A stretch of DNA of 64,000 nt from Alphaproteobacteria bacterium (lineage in GTDB: Bacteria > Pseudomonadota > Alphaproteobacteria > Rs-D84). This document shows positions 8,146 through 19,931 of the stretch, one piece after another. Every line of letters begins with the position of its first letter. The first letter of the stretch is position 1. Under the pieces are notes generated by a model, which worked only from the letters and a program-made list of their open reading frames with translations, was not told the origin of the DNA and did no database searches. The DNA lies in contig JBMNPL010000001.1 of the NCBI GenBank assembly GCA_050943575.1, positions 23,336 through 87,335 on the forward strand, in the 5' to 3' direction. A program made the position numbers and the translations under genes.

Positions 8146-10298
8146 TATTTTTTCTCCTCGGTACCTGTGTTTTGATTTATTCCTTTCATAGAAAGACGAG
8201 TTTTGCCACGTTTATCCATACCCATATATTTTACAAATACTTTATCACCCTCTTTTATTTTAGCTTCTTCAATTGTATTCAAACGTTTGCCAGTTATTTC
8301 AGAAATATGAACTAATGATTCAAAATTTCCGTTCATAATTTTAACAAATAAACCAAAATCCTTTAATCCAGATACAATACCTTCATAAATTTGTCCAACT
8401 TCTGGTTCAGCAATAATTTCTTTAATTTTTGCCATAGCAAGTTCAGCATCAGCTTTATCAGTTGCCATAATTTTTATTGTACCATCGTCAGCCAAATCAA
8501 TATTTGTATTAGTTTCTTTGGTTAATGACTGAATAACACTTCCCCCTTTACCAATCACATCGCGAATTTTATCAGGATTTATTTTCATTGTAAAGGCTTG
8601 TGGTGCATGTTCAGATAAACTCTTACGCGGTGTTTTAATCGCTTTGTTCATAATACCTAAAATATGCATACGACCATCTTTGGCTTGTGCTAATGCTTGC
8701 TTCATTATTTCAAATGTAATAGATGTAATTTTAATATCCATTTGTAAAGCTGTGATACCTTTATCAGTACCAGTTACTTTGAAATCCATATCTCCCAAAT
8801 GATCTTCATCGCCCATAATATCAGTTAAAACTTCAAATTCATCACCTTCTTTAATTAATCCCATAGCAATACCTGCAACTGGTCTGGTAATCGGAACACC
8901 GCCATCCATTAAAGCTAATGTAGTTCCACAAACAGTTGCCATAGATGAACTGCCATTTGATTCTAAAATATCGGATACTACGCGAATTGTATAATCGAAC
9001 TTTTCTTTGGATGGTAACATAGGATTAATAGCACGCCATGCTAATTTTCCATGCCCCAATTCACGACGTTTTGGTGCACCAATGCGTCCGATTTCACCAA
9101 CAGAAAAAGGCGGAAAATTATAATCCAAAATAAACCGTTCATCAAATGTTCCGTCTAAAGATTCGTCTGGGCGCGCATCCTTGTCATTACCCAATGTTAA
9201 TGTAACCAAAGCCTGAGTTTCACCACGTGTAAATAATGCAGATCCATGTGTGCGTGGTAAAACACCAACTTCGACTTCAATCGGACGAACTGTTTTAGAA
9301 TCACGACCATCAATACGTGGTTTTTTATCTAAAATATTACGACGCATAATACGAGCAGTAATCGCATCAATGATTTCACCAGCCCATGCCAATTGTAATT
9401 CAGTCGCATCAATAATTGATGCACGTGCATTAGTTTTAATCGCGTCCATTGCAGCATATCTTTCTAGTTTTGAAGATATTTTTAGTGTCTCGGTAATTTG
9501 ATCAGCAAATCTTTCAAGATCAGATTCTAAAGATTTATATTCATCAGAGCGTTCTGAAATTGTCCATGCTGTATTACCAACTTTTTCTTTTAATTCATTA
9601 ATCGCTGTAATAACAGGTTGAAATGCATCGAAACCGAATTTAACCGCATCTAACATTTCATCTTCAGTTAATTCTTGTGCTTCGGATTCTACCATTAATA
9701 CACCATCTTTTGTTCCAGCAACAACAAGTTCTAATTTAGAATCAGTTATTTCTTGTTTAGTTGGATTTAACAAATATTTACCATTTGCATAACCAACGCG
9801 TGCCGCACCAATTGGGCCCATAAACGGAATACCAGAAATAGATAATGCGGCAGATGCTGCAATCATAGCCAAAATATCAGGTTGATTTTTCTTATCATAT
9901 GATAAACAAGTAACTACAATTTGTGTATCATTTGTAAATGTTTCTGGGAACAGCGGGCGAATCGGGCGATCAATTAAACGTGAAATTAAAGTTTCGTTTA
10001 ATGAAGATTTTCCTTCACGGCGATCACGACTACCCGGTATACGACCAGCTGATGCAAACTTTTCTTGATAATCTACGGTTAATGGGAAAAAATCTTGACC
10101 TTCTTTAGCTTCGCGAGAAGATACAACAGTTGCTAGAACCATTGTTTCACCCATTGTAGCCATAATACTACCCGTTGCTTGTTTGGCAAAACGACCAGTT
10201 TCTAAAATTAATTTTTCACCACCAAATTCAAGTTCTTTACGAATCGGATTATTCAAGGCATTTTTGGGTGCCTTGCCCCCAAGTAAACCAAATAACAT
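8145..10298 (-). CDS. pnp: polyribonucleotide nucleotidyltransferase (PNPase)
   Basis: 717 aa with two RNase PH domains, a KH domain and C-terminal S1 domain (GDKVFVKYMGMDKRGKTRLSMK). The N-terminus appears 15-20 aa longer than typical PNPase, so the true start may be an internal TTG. Confidence 0.95.
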   Translation of the reverse strand: MLFGLLGGKAPKNALNNPIRKELEFGGEKLILETGRFAKQATGSIMATMGETMVLATVVSSREAKEGQDFFPLTVDYQEKFASAGRIPGSRDRREGKSSLNETLISRLIDRPIRPLFPETFTNDTQIVVTCLSYDKKNQPDILAMIAASAALSISGIPFMGPIGAARVGYANGKYLLNPTKQEITDSKLELVVAGTKDGVLMVESEAQELTEDEMLDAVKFGFDAFQPVITAINELKEKVGNTAWTISERSDEYKSLESDLERFADQITETLKISSKLERYAAMDAIKTNARASIIDATELQLAWAGEIIDAITARIMRRNILDKKPRIDGRDSKTVRPIEVEVGVLPRTHGSALFTRGETQALVTLTLGNDKDARPDESLDGTFDERFILDYNFPPFSVGEIGRIGAPKRRELGHGKLAWRAINPMLPSKEKFDYTIRVVSDILESNGSSSMATVCGTTLALMDGGVPITRPVAGIAMGLIKEGDEFEVLTDIMGDEDHLGDMDFKVTGTDKGITALQMDIKITSITFEIMKQALAQAKDGRMHILGIMNKAIKTPRKSLSEHAPQAFTMKINPDKIRDVIGKGGSVIQSLTKETNTNIDLADDGTIKIMATDKADAELAMAKIKEIIAEPEVGQIYEGIVSGLKDFGLFVKIMNGNFESLVHISEITGKRLNTIEEAKIKEGDKVFVKYMGMDKRGKTRLSMKGINQNTGTEEKK

Positions 10299-10471
10299 TT
10301 TTTCCTCTTATTTTAAAATTTTTGTTTAGCAAGAGAAAAATTATTCATTCTTATTAGCTTAATCTACAAATAAAAATGAATAATCCCTTTTCTCTTACAG
10401 TTTGTAATTATAAATCAAAAACATCGATTTGCAAATAATATAAAAATCCCCTGTAATTAAAGGAATTTTTA

Positions 10472-10753
10472 TTATTTGCGTAAACCTAGCTTTTTAATTA
10501 AAGCTTCATAATCAGCCGGATTTTTCTTTTTAATATAAGCCAATAATTTCTTGCGACGATTAACCATCAACAACAAACCACGTTTAGAATGTTTGTCCTT
10601 GTGATTGTTTTTCATATGTTCAGTCAGGTTTTTTATGCGCTCTGTTAAAATTGCAACTTGAACAGGAGCAGACCCACCATTATCTTTATCACTAATTTTA
10701 TTTTCAGTAATAAGTTTTGATTTTATATTTTTAATAAATGATTTAATCGACAT
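10472..10753 (-). CDS. rpsO: 30S ribosomal protein S15
   Basis: 93 aa; ...[47 protein letters not shown]. Confidence 0.9.
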   Translation of the reverse strand: MSIKSFIKNIKSKLITENKISDKDNGGSAPVQVAILTERIKNLTEHMKNNHKDKHSKRGLLLMVNRRKKLLAYIKKKNPADYEALIKKLGLRK

Positions 10754-11624
10754 TGATAATCCTTTTTGGTTTTAAAACACTGTTTTGAACTATCCCAATT
10801 CCAATAAATCCATTATCAGAATAAACACGAAAAAGCCCATTTTTTACAAAAGTAGCTCTTGTTAAAAAAACGCCGTGTTTGAATAAAACAGCATCGTTTA
10901 TATTTAGATTCAAAACCGGAATGTCGCCCAGTCCAAAATCTATTCGCTGCAAATACTCATTAATTGCTGCGCGACCGCCATTATTAAACAAATTTTCTAG
11001 AAAATCAAGTGTCCGAGTGTTTTTTATATTAAAGCCATTTGTTTCTGTGCGGCGAATACTGGTACAACTGGCAATAGTTCCACATTTTTCAGCAATATCT
11101 CTCGCTAGGGAACGAACATAAGTTCCTGAAGAGCATTTAACAATAAACGAAAATGAATTTATAACTGTTAAATCGTAAATATGAACAAGACGTGGTGGAA
11201 TATTAGGATTTTTACCACTTATGGCCATTTTATATGCACGTTGACCATCAATATGTATAGCACTAAAATTTGGTGGTACTTGATTATAACTACCGATAAA
11301 CTCATTACAAACTTGTTGCAAGATTTTATCTGATAAAAATTTTAAATTATCATCTTGTTTAATAATTTTTCCAGTCATATCTAAGGTTTCTGTTTCAACC
11401 CCCCATTTAATAGAAAATATATATTTTTTATAGTCGTTTGGAAAATATGGAATAATTTTAGTAGCCTCATTTAATGCGATTATTAATATACCAGATGCCA
11501 TCGGATCTAGTGTTCCGATATGCCCGAATTTTTTTGCATCAAACATACGGGCAATTTTATTACCAGCCATACGGCTGGAAATACCACTTGGTTTATCTAA
11601 TAAAACAAATCCAGAATTTTTCAT
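10743..11624 (-). CDS. truB: tRNA pseudouridine(55) synthase TruB
   Basis: 293 aa with catalytic motif [13 protein letters not shown]. Confidence 0.9.
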   Translation of the reverse strand: MKNSGFVLLDKPSGISSRMAGNKIARMFDAKKFGHIGTLDPMASGILIIALNEATKIIPYFPNDYKKYIFSIKWGVETETLDMTGKIIKQDDNLKFLSDKILQQVCNEFIGSYNQVPPNFSAIHIDGQRAYKMAISGKNPNIPPRLVHIYDLTVINSFSFIVKCSSGTYVRSLARDIAEKCGTIASCTSIRRTETNGFNIKNTRTLDFLENLFNNGGRAAINEYLQRIDFGLGDIPVLNLNINDAVLFKHGVFLTRATFVKNGLFRVYSDNGFIGIGIVQNSVLKPKRIINVD

Positions 11625-14128
11625 TCGCCAAATAACGATAGTTGCGCTGGTTTTTTATCTTTATCACGAGATATAAATACATCAGAAGGTTTTTCTATAC
11701 CAAGTTCCCCTTGAAGATTTTCACGAATATATTGTTGACCTATGTTGTTTTCCAATTTTTTTAAAATCATTTTTGCTCTGGATATAACCTGATCTGGCAT
11801 TCCAGCCATTTGAGCAACATGAATTCCATAAGAACGATCTGCGAATCCAGATGCAATTTTATGCAAAAAGATGATTTCGCCATCATGCTCTGCAATTTGA
11901 ACGTTTAAGTTTTTTAATTCATTTAATGGTATTTTTGTTAGTTCATGATAATGTGTTGCGAACAATGTTCTTGGTTTTAATTCGTTTAAAAATTCTAGTA
12001 CAGCTTGTGCGATAGCCATACCATCCCAAGTCGCAGTTCCGCGTCCTATTTCATCAAAGATAATAAAGCTTTTGTTTGTTGCACGATTTAAAATATTGGC
12101 AGTTTCTTGCATTTCTACCATGAAAGTTGATTGCCCTGCAGCCAAATTATCAGATGCCCCGACACGCGAAAATAATTGATCACAAATACCGATAGTTGCA
12201 GATTCTGCAGGTACAAAAGAACCCATATGTGCCAAGATTGTTATTAACGCATTTTGACGTAAATAAGTAGATTTTCCAGCCATATTGGGTCCAGTTAATA
12301 AAGCTATTTTTTTATCATTTAAATTACAATTATTTTTAATAAACTGATTGCCTGATTTATTTAATATACTTTCTATTACTGGATGACGTCCGGCAATTAT
12401 TTCAAAATCATTACCATTAGTCATTGTTGGGCGAACCCAATCATATTCATATGCAACTTTTGTTAATGCTAGCCATACATCTGTTTCAGCTATTAAATCT
12501 GAAATTTGTAATAATTCGTCAGAAATTTCACGAATTTTTTCAATTAATTGTGCAATTATTTCAGCTTCTATGGCTGCTGCTTTATCAGCGGCACCACGAA
12601 CTTCATTATCCAAATCAATCAGATGTGCTGTGGTAAATCGCATATTGTTTACCATAGTTTGTCGATGAATAAATCCAGATTCTGGACGCATTAATACATC
12701 TGCACGAGTATTCGGAACTTCTATATGATATCCTAATATATTGTTAAATTTTATTTTTAGAGCATTAATACCAGTTTTTTTAATATATTCTGCTTGTAAT
12801 AATGCGATTGTTTTTTTAGCGCCATGCGCCATTTGTCGCATATTATCAAGTACATCGTCAAATCCATCGTTAATAATTTCACCATCACGGAAAAAAGCCG
12901 GCATATTATCTGATAAAGCTTTATCAAGTTCTAAAGCAAACGAGTTAAAAGTTTTAATTTCTTTAAATTTAGCACTTAAAATTAAATCTAATTTTTCACC
13001 AATAGATTTTATAGTTGGTAAAATGTTTAAAAAATCAGATACTATATGTAAATCCCGAGGTGTTCCGCGCCCACTAATAAGTCGTGTTATCGCGCGCCCT
13101 ACATCAGGTAATTTTGATAACTCATCGCTCATAGATTTAAAAATTTGTGTGTTGGATAACAAGTAAGTAATATGTTCTTGTCTACGGTTAATTTCTCTAA
13201 TATCTCCAGATAGTTGTCGTAAAAATATACGTAATTTTCTTGCCCCTGCCGCTGTATGTGTTTTATCTAAAATATCCAATAAACAAGTACCGCCCTCATT
13301 CAATACAGAATCAATTTCTAAACTTTTCCAAGATGCTAAATCAATTAATAATTGTTTTTCAACACCAAACCGATAAGGTGTACGAAATATAATATTCGTA
13401 TCACGCTGAGTGTTGTTTAAATAAGCTGCTAACAATTTATCTGATAAAGTTGGAGTGTTAAAAATTGGTAAAATTTTATTTGTAATTGCATCAATATCAG
13501 TTCTAGAATATAATTTTTCATAAACAGGTGTAGTTGTAAAATGTTCACGTAAACGTACAATTTCCAATGTTTCAGCTAATTTTTCGGGATAAATAATTTC
13601 TGCCGGAGCAATTTTTGAAATATCATCAAAAAGATTTATAGTTTCACCGATAAAAAATTCACCAGTTGAAATATCACATCCAGAAAAACAATAACCAGAT
13701 GTTTTAGATTGTGCAACAGCTACCAAAAAATTTGATTTTTTGGGGTTTAATAAATTATCGTCAGTTAATGTTCCAGCAGTCATAACGCGAACAACTTTGC
13801 GTTCAATTTGTTTATGTCCACGAGCTTTTGCTTCTTCTGGGGTTTCCATTTGTTCGGCTAATGCGACACTAATACCAGATTTTACTAGACGTGCAAAATA
13901 GTTATCAGCTGCATGCCATGGAATACCACACATTGGAATGTCATTACCACGTTCATCTTTGCCGCGACGAGTTAAAACTAAATCTAAAGTTTTGCTAATA
14001 ATTCTCGCATCATTAAAAAAGGCTTCATAAAAATCCCCTAGACGAAATAATAAAACAGCGTCTGGATTTTCGGCTTTCATATCCAAATATTGTTTCATTA
14101 CAGGGGTAAGAGTTAATTTTTTAACCAT
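11621..14128 (-). CDS. mutS: DNA mismatch repair protein MutS
   Basis: 835 aa; N-terminal mismatch-binding region (GDFYEAFFNDA) and Walker A motif TGPNMAGKSTYLRQ. Confidence 0.95.
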   Translation of the reverse strand: MVKKLTLTPVMKQYLDMKAENPDAVLLFRLGDFYEAFFNDARIISKTLDLVLTRRGKDERGNDIPMCGIPWHAADNYFARLVKSGISVALAEQMETPEEAKARGHKQIERKVVRVMTAGTLTDDNLLNPKKSNFLVAVAQSKTSGYCFSGCDISTGEFFIGETINLFDDISKIAPAEIIYPEKLAETLEIVRLREHFTTTPVYEKLYSRTDIDAITNKILPIFNTPTLSDKLLAAYLNNTQRDTNIIFRTPYRFGVEKQLLIDLASWKSLEIDSVLNEGGTCLLDILDKTHTAAGARKLRIFLRQLSGDIREINRRQEHITYLLSNTQIFKSMSDELSKLPDVGRAITRLISGRGTPRDLHIVSDFLNILPTIKSIGEKLDLILSAKFKEIKTFNSFALELDKALSDNMPAFFRDGEIINDGFDDVLDNMRQMAHGAKKTIALLQAEYIKKTGINALKIKFNNILGYHIEVPNTRADVLMRPESGFIHRQTMVNNMRFTTAHLIDLDNEVRGAADKAAAIEAEIIAQLIEKIREISDELLQISDLIAETDVWLALTKVAYEYDWVRPTMTNGNDFEIIAGRHPVIESILNKSGNQFIKNNCNLNDKKIALLTGPNMAGKSTYLRQNALITILAHMGSFVPAESATIGICDQLFSRVGASDNLAAGQSTFMVEMQETANILNRATNKSFIIFDEIGRGTATWDGMAIAQAVLEFLNELKPRTLFATHYHELTKIPLNELKNLNVQIAEHDGEIIFLHKIASGFADRSYGIHVAQMAGMPDQVISRAKMILKKLENNIGQQYIRENLQGELGIEKPSDVFISRDKDKKPAQLSLFGE

Positions 14129-14201
14129 TGTATCGTAAAATTTAAACTTAAAAAAACATAAAGTAAAGTTTCTTTATAAAAATTATATTTATATTTTAAG
14201 T

Positions 14202-14390
14202 TTAAATTTTTAATTTCTCTATTTTTAATTCCGCATCTTTTAGTAATTTTTCACAATATAACTTAAGCTTCATTCCCTTTTCATAAGCTTGTACGGAATC
14301 TGCTAGTGGTAGTTCCCCAGTTTCCATTTTTTTTACTAATTCGGTTAATTGTTTATATGCATCTTCAAAAGATAATTTGTTTTCTTCCAT
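14202..14390 (-). CDS. xseB: exodeoxyribonuclease VII small subunit
   Basis: 62 aa; LSFEDAYKQLTELVKKMETGELPLADSVQAYEKGMKL matches the XseB pattern. Confidence 0.75.
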   Translation of the reverse strand: MEENKLSFEDAYKQLTELVKKMETGELPLADSVQAYEKGMKLKLYCEKLLKDAELKIEKLKI

Positions 14391-14477
14391 AATAAACCCT
14401 CTTTTGAAAAAAGATTACTATTTAAACTCTAAATTTTCAACTTTTAACTTAAAATAACATTAGAGTTGCTTTATTTA

Positions 14478-15539
<1,062 letters not shown>

Positions 15540-15625
15540 TCAAAATAAATCGTTAATACATTTCTCTCGCAATAATAAAGCAGAATTTGCAAAATGCAAT
15601 TATTATCTTATAATAAATAATCATT

Positions 15626-15982
15626 ATGAGACAAACAATAAAAAAATATAAAGATTTTATTATTCAAGAAAATAATTCTGTGGTTAAAACACCGCTTTTT
15701 ATTATTCGTTCGCGCCCAACATTATGGGATGGAAATGCAAAATATGGTTTAGTTACTACAAAAAAAACATTTCGTCTTGCTTGTGAAAGAAATCGTGCCA
15801 AACGTTTATTACGGGTATGGATTCGTGCTTGCGAATCATTGATGAATCCTGATATGGATTATATATTTATTGCGCGTACTTCAATTTTAAACACAACTTT
15901 ATCTATCGGAATTGAAACGATGAAAAAAGCTTTACAACAATTGTCAAATAATGATGAAAAAAATCGCCCTGCTCTTAATTAA
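15626..15982 (+). CDS. rnpA: ribonuclease P protein component
   Basis: 118 aa, basic; ...[13 protein letters not shown]... RnpA motif. No rpmH upstream; rpmH is at 45.3 kb. Confidence 0.85.
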   Translation: MRQTIKKYKDFIIQENNSVVKTPLFIIRSRPTLWDGNAKYGLVTTKKTFRLACERNRAKRLLRVWIRACESLMNPDMDYIFIARTSILNTTLSIGIETMKKALQQLSNNDEKNRPALN

Positions 15983-16169
15983 ATTTTATCAAAATGGAAT
16001 TTCACCATTGTTTGGTGGTCGCGCTGTTTGTCGTTTTTATCCGTCTTGTAGCGAGTATACAAAACAAGCAATTGAAAAATATGGTGCATTTCGTGGAACA
16101 TGGTTGGGATTAAAAAGAATTTTACGATGTCGACCCGGTAGTAGTTTTGGATATGATCCCGTTCCTTGA
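15951..16169 (+). CDS. yidD: membrane protein insertion efficiency factor YidD
   Basis: 72 aa with [10 protein letters not shown]...RILRCRP...GYDPVP signature. Overlaps the rnpA 3' end. Confidence 0.85.
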   Translation: MMKKIALLLIKFYQNGISPLFGGRAVCRFYPSCSEYTKQAIEKYGAFRGTWLGLKRILRCRPGSSFGYDPVP

Positions 16170-16223
16170 CATCTGTTTCAGATTTGCTACAATATTTTTT
16201 GCATTATAATAAAGGATATTGTT

Positions 16224-16682
16224 ATGTCATTTCGTTCAACAGTAAAAGCCATGACCAAAATTATGGATGAAATGGGGCTTACTGAACTTGATTTAGAACG
16301 CCAATTTTTATTTGGCATTTATCGTAAGCACGTTCACCTTTCGCGTCAAGGTGCAACTACCCCTCCAGCATTTACAGCTGTGCCCACTCCTGCCGCTCCA
16401 TTGGCAAAAACATCTGGTGATACAATTTCAAATTCTGATGAATGTTTAGCAAATGCTATTCGTTCACCAATGGTTGGTGTTGTTTATTTAGCACCAGAAC
16501 CAGGAGCAAAGCAATTTGCGACAATCGGGCAGAAAATAAAATCTGGTGATACAATATGTTTGATCGAAGCTATGAAAACATTTAATCCGGTTAAAGCCGA
16601 TAAAGATGGTGTTGTAAAAAAAATTTTAGTTTCCGATAGTCAGGCGGTTGAGTTTGATACTCCATTAATGGTGATAGAATAA
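16224..16682 (+). CDS. accB: acetyl-CoA carboxylase biotin carboxyl carrier protein
   Basis: 152 aa with biotinyl-lysine motif IEAMKTFN and Ala/Pro linker. Confidence 0.9.
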   Translation: MSFRSTVKAMTKIMDEMGLTELDLERQFLFGIYRKHVHLSRQGATTPPAFTAVPTPAAPLAKTSGDTISNSDECLANAIRSPMVGVVYLAPEPGAKQFATIGQKIKSGDTICLIEAMKTFNPVKADKDGVVKKILVSDSQAVEFDTPLMVIE

Positions 16683-16683
16683 A

Positions 16684-18036
16684 ATGGCAGCTATAAAGAA
16701 GATTCTGATAGCTAATCGTGGGGAAATAGCCCTGCGGATTATTCGTGCATGTCGGGATATGGGTATAAAAACAGTTGCTGTTTATTCTTCTATAGATAAA
16801 ATGGCTTCTCATGTTCATGTTGCGGATGAATCTGTTTGTATAGGTCCTGGTCCAGCAAAAGATTCTTATCTTAATGAATCTGCCATTTTAACAGCAGCAT
16901 TACTTACCAATTCTGATGCGATTCATCCTGGATATGGATTTTTATCTGAACGCGCTGGGTTTGTCGAAAAAGTAGAATTGCATAATTTGATTTGGATTGG
17001 TCCTAATGCTAATATGATTGCAAAAATGGGTGATAAAGTTGCCGCTAAAAAAACAGCTATAGAATGTGGATTGCCCGTGGTTCCTGGTAGTGATGGTGCT
17101 GTAGATACACTGGAATCTGCTTTGATGTGGGGTGAAAAAATTGGGTATCCAGTTATGTTAAAAGCATCAGCTGGTGGTGGTGGAAAAGGTATGCGTTCGG
17201 TTATGAATGCATCTGAAATGGCAAAACTATTTCAATTAACCAAACAAGAGGCCAAGGCTGCTTTTGGTGATGATACTTTATATATGGAAAAATTATTATT
17301 GCATCCGAGGCATATTGAATTTCAAGTTTTAGCTGATAAACATGGTGGAGTTGTAATTTTTGGGGAACGTGATTGTTCTCTTCAACGTAAAAATCAAAAA
17401 GTTATGGAAGAATGCCCCGCAGCTGCATTAACCACAAAACAACGTGATGATATGATTGAAATCTGTCGCGCTGCGGTTAAAAAAATGGGATATACAAATG
17501 CAGGTACCTTGGAATTTATGTTTGAAAATGGTAAATTTTATTTTCTAGAAATGAACACTAGATTACAAGTAGAACATCCTGTTACAGAAATGGTTTATGG
17601 TGTGGATCTTGTTCGTGAACAGATCCGTATCGCCCAAGGGGAAAAACTTGGTTATAATCAAGGTAATTTAATTCAAAATGGGCATGCAATTGAATTTCGT
17701 ATCAATGCAGAAGATCCGGAAACATTTGTTCCAAATCCCGGAACAATCACAACATATAATCCTTCTGGTGGATTAGGTATAAGGATTGATTCAGCGGTTT
17801 ATAATGGGTATATAATTCCGCCAACTTATGATTCTTTGATAGCAAAATTAATTGTTTGGGCACCGAATCGTCCGGCTTGTTTATTACGTGCACAAAGGGC
17901 ATTGGATGAATTTATAATAGAGGGTGTAAAAACAACAATTCCGCTACATCAAAAGTTATTACAAGCAAAAGATGTAAAATCTTTAAATATTGATAATCAT
18001 TGGTTAGAAAAATTTTTAGCTAATACAAATAAATAA
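16684..18036 (+). CDS. accC: acetyl-CoA carboxylase biotin carboxylase subunit
   Basis: 450 aa ATP-grasp biotin carboxylase (KASAGGGGKGMR; EMNTRLQVEHPVTE). Confidence 0.95.
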   Translation: MAAIKKILIANRGEIALRIIRACRDMGIKTVAVYSSIDKMASHVHVADESVCIGPGPAKDSYLNESAILTAALLTNSDAIHPGYGFLSERAGFVEKVELHNLIWIGPNANMIAKMGDKVAAKKTAIECGLPVVPGSDGAVDTLESALMWGEKIGYPVMLKASAGGGGKGMRSVMNASEMAKLFQLTKQEAKAAFGDDTLYMEKLLLHPRHIEFQVLADKHGGVVIFGERDCSLQRKNQKVMEECPAAALTTKQRDDMIEICRAAVKKMGYTNAGTLEFMFENGKFYFLEMNTRLQVEHPVTEMVYGVDLVREQIRIAQGEKLGYNQGNLIQNGHAIEFRINAEDPETFVPNPGTITTYNPSGGLGIRIDSAVYNGYIIPPTYDSLIAKLIVWAPNRPACLLRAQRALDEFIIEGVKTTIPLHQKLLQAKDVKSLNIDNHWLEKFLANTNK

Positions 18037-18062
18037 AACCGCTTATCTAAGCGGTTTTATTT
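18035..18062. terminator. bidirectional terminator between accC (+) and infC (-)
   Basis: aaaaccgctta-tct-aagcggtttt hairpin with T-runs on both strands. Confidence 0.7.
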
Positions 18063-18612
18063 TGCGGGCGCAATAATAATAGATCTTGTTCGTTCATCAG
18101 GTTTTGATTTAGATTCTATTGTCCCTTTATCCCCGATTATTTGTATTACACGTTCAAAAAGGTTTGTAGTAGCACCGGAACGTGCACCAATTGCTAAAAC
18201 TCTTTTACTACCCTTTGTCATTACTGATATTTTAACTTTATCGCCTTCATTCAGAAATTCAAAAACTTTTTTCATTTTAATTTTTAAATCATTTTCTTCA
18301 ATAAATGGTTTTATCCAAACCTCTTTCAATTCATTTGTTTTTTGATTTTTACGCGCTTCGGATATTTTCTTTTTTTGTTCGTATTTGTATTTTCCATAAT
18401 TCATAATTTTTGCAATCGGTGGTATATTATTTGCATTAATTTCAACTAAATCCATATCAGCATCAATCGCCATTTGTAAAGCTTGTGCAGTCGGCATAAC
18501 GCCAAGATTAACACCTGTTTCAGATATTACTTGAATATTCTTTGCAAGAATTTTATTGTTTATACGCGGACCTAAATCACGGCGATTATTTCTATTAAAT
18601 GTTGTTTTTATT
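18057..18612 (-). CDS. infC: translation initiation factor IF-3
   Basis: The in-frame region upstream of the first ATG (Met at 18497) encodes RINNKILAKNIQVISETGVNLGV, which aligns to the IF-3 N-domain. The gene therefore probably starts at an AUA (or similar non-AUG) codon near 18612, just after a GGAGA RBS. E. coli infC similarly uses an AUU start. Confidence 0.8.
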
Positions 18613-18653
18613 GTAGTCTCCTTTTTATAGTTATACGTTGAGATTTTAGACGT

Positions 18654-19337
18654 TTATTCTAGAGTTTTCAACAATTTTTGCAACTGTTCCCAAGCAAATC
18701 TTTTTAAATCCGGTTTTAAAATCATATGATTGGGACTAGGAATTGAAAATTTTTTAATATTTAAATTGTTTTTCAATTGATATTTTTCAGCTAAAACCCC
18801 CAATGTTAAAATCACTTTCGGTATAGTTAATTCTATAAATTTATCAATAAAAGGAACAGTTAAAGATAATTCTTCTTCGGTCGGCGTTCTGTTCCCTGGT
18901 GTGCGCCAAAACATTAATGGACATATTGATATTAAATTTCTATTTGTACCAATAGCATTTAACATTTTTTCAAAAAATTCACCAGTTGTCCCAGATAAAA
19001 TTTGCCCAGATTCATCGTCTTCAGACGAGGGGGGATCGGTTAAAACTAATATATTCTCCCCGATAGTTGGCAAAATAGTATTTTTTGCGAACATTTTTAA
19101 TGGATGATTAAAATTATTAATTTCTTTACAAAGTTCGGAAAAATTATTCACTTTGTATGCAATTTCTTTCGCCGATAATATCGAAATTGGTGCAATCGGA
19201 GCTATAGTATTTGTATCTTCATTTTTAATTTGTTCAACAACTTGTTTTTCTTGTTGAAAATCTTTTGATAAAATAGAATTTAAAAGTTCCCATTTAACAC
19301 CAGATAATTTTAAATCATATAATAAATCAATTTTCAT
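18654..19337 (-). CDS. uracil-DNA glycosylase superfamily protein (family 4-like, cysteine cluster degenerate)
   Basis: Start set at the internal MKIDLL (ATG at 19337, RBS aaggga). Motifs GENILVLTDPPSSEDDESG...GTTGEFF and IPSPNHM resemble UDG family 4 motifs A and B. The longer ORF start (to 19547) overlaps pal. Confidence 0.55.
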   Translation of the reverse strand: MKIDLLYDLKLSGVKWELLNSILSKDFQQEKQVVEQIKNEDTNTIAPIAPISILSAKEIAYKVNNFSELCKEINNFNHPLKMFAKNTILPTIGENILVLTDPPSSEDDESGQILSGTTGEFFEKMLNAIGTNRNLISICPLMFWRTPGNRTPTEEELSLTVPFIDKFIELTIPKVILTLGVLAEKYQLKNNLNIKKFSIPSPNHMILKPDLKRFAWEQLQKLLKTLE

Positions 19338-19413
19338 AAGATTTTCCCTTGATTTTTCATAGAATAAGATGTAAAGTAATACTTGAACCAAAAAAATACA
19401 AGGGAGTATTTTC

Positions 19414-19833
19414 ATGAAAATGCAAAAAATTATAATGTTGGCAGGCGTAGCTGGCTTGTTAGTAGCATGCGGTGGTGCTAATAAAATTGTTGAACCATCT
19501 GATTTGAACGAACAACGTGCTTTTTTTGATTTTGATTCTTCTGTCATTAATGAAGAAGCGCGAAATAATTTATTGGGTCAATCTTTGTATATGAAGAATC
19601 ATCCAGAAACCAAAATTCAAATTGCTGGTAATTGTGACGAACGTGGTACAACAGAATATAACTTAGGTTTAGGTGCGCGTCGTGCTAATGCAGCAAAAGC
19701 TGTTATGGTTAAAGATGGTGTTGAAGCGAAACGTATTTCAACAATTTCTTATGGTAAAGAACGCCCATGGAAATTAGGTAGTGGTGAAAGCGTATGGAAA
19801 ATGAATCGTAATGCAACCACAACCGTAAAATAA
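19414..19833 (+). CDS. pal: peptidoglycan-associated lipoprotein Pal (OmpA family)
   Basis: 139 aa, lipobox LLVAC; OmpA-like FDFDSS...IAGNCDERGTTEYNLGLGARRA...SYGKERP. Confidence 0.85.
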   Translation: MKMQKIIMLAGVAGLLVACGGANKIVEPSDLNEQRAFFDFDSSVINEEARNNLLGQSLYMKNHPETKIQIAGNCDERGTTEYNLGLGARRANAAKAVMVKDGVEAKRISTISYGKERPWKLGSGESVWKMNRNATTTVK

Positions 19834-19861
19834 AAAAGTTCGCTTTTTAGCGATTTTTATA

Positions 19862-19898
19862 AAGGACAAAGGAAAATTCCCTTTGTCCTTCTTTCTTG
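19862..19898 (+). terminator. terminator downstream of pal
   Basis: Perfect 11-bp inverted repeat aaggacaaagg / cctttgtcctt with 7-nt loop, followed by a T-rich tract. Confidence 0.6.
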
Positions 19899-19931
19899 CA
19901 ATCTTTTTTTCTTGAGATTATACTTTGAAGT

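Noticed and set aside
9250-9501. ORF antisense within pnp (also 10175..10357)
   Set aside because: Embedded in the well-supported PNPase gene on the opposite strand.
12424-13166. Two plus-strand ORFs within mutS
   Set aside because: Antisense to mutS. Hydrophobic low-complexity translation typical of AT-rich antisense frames.
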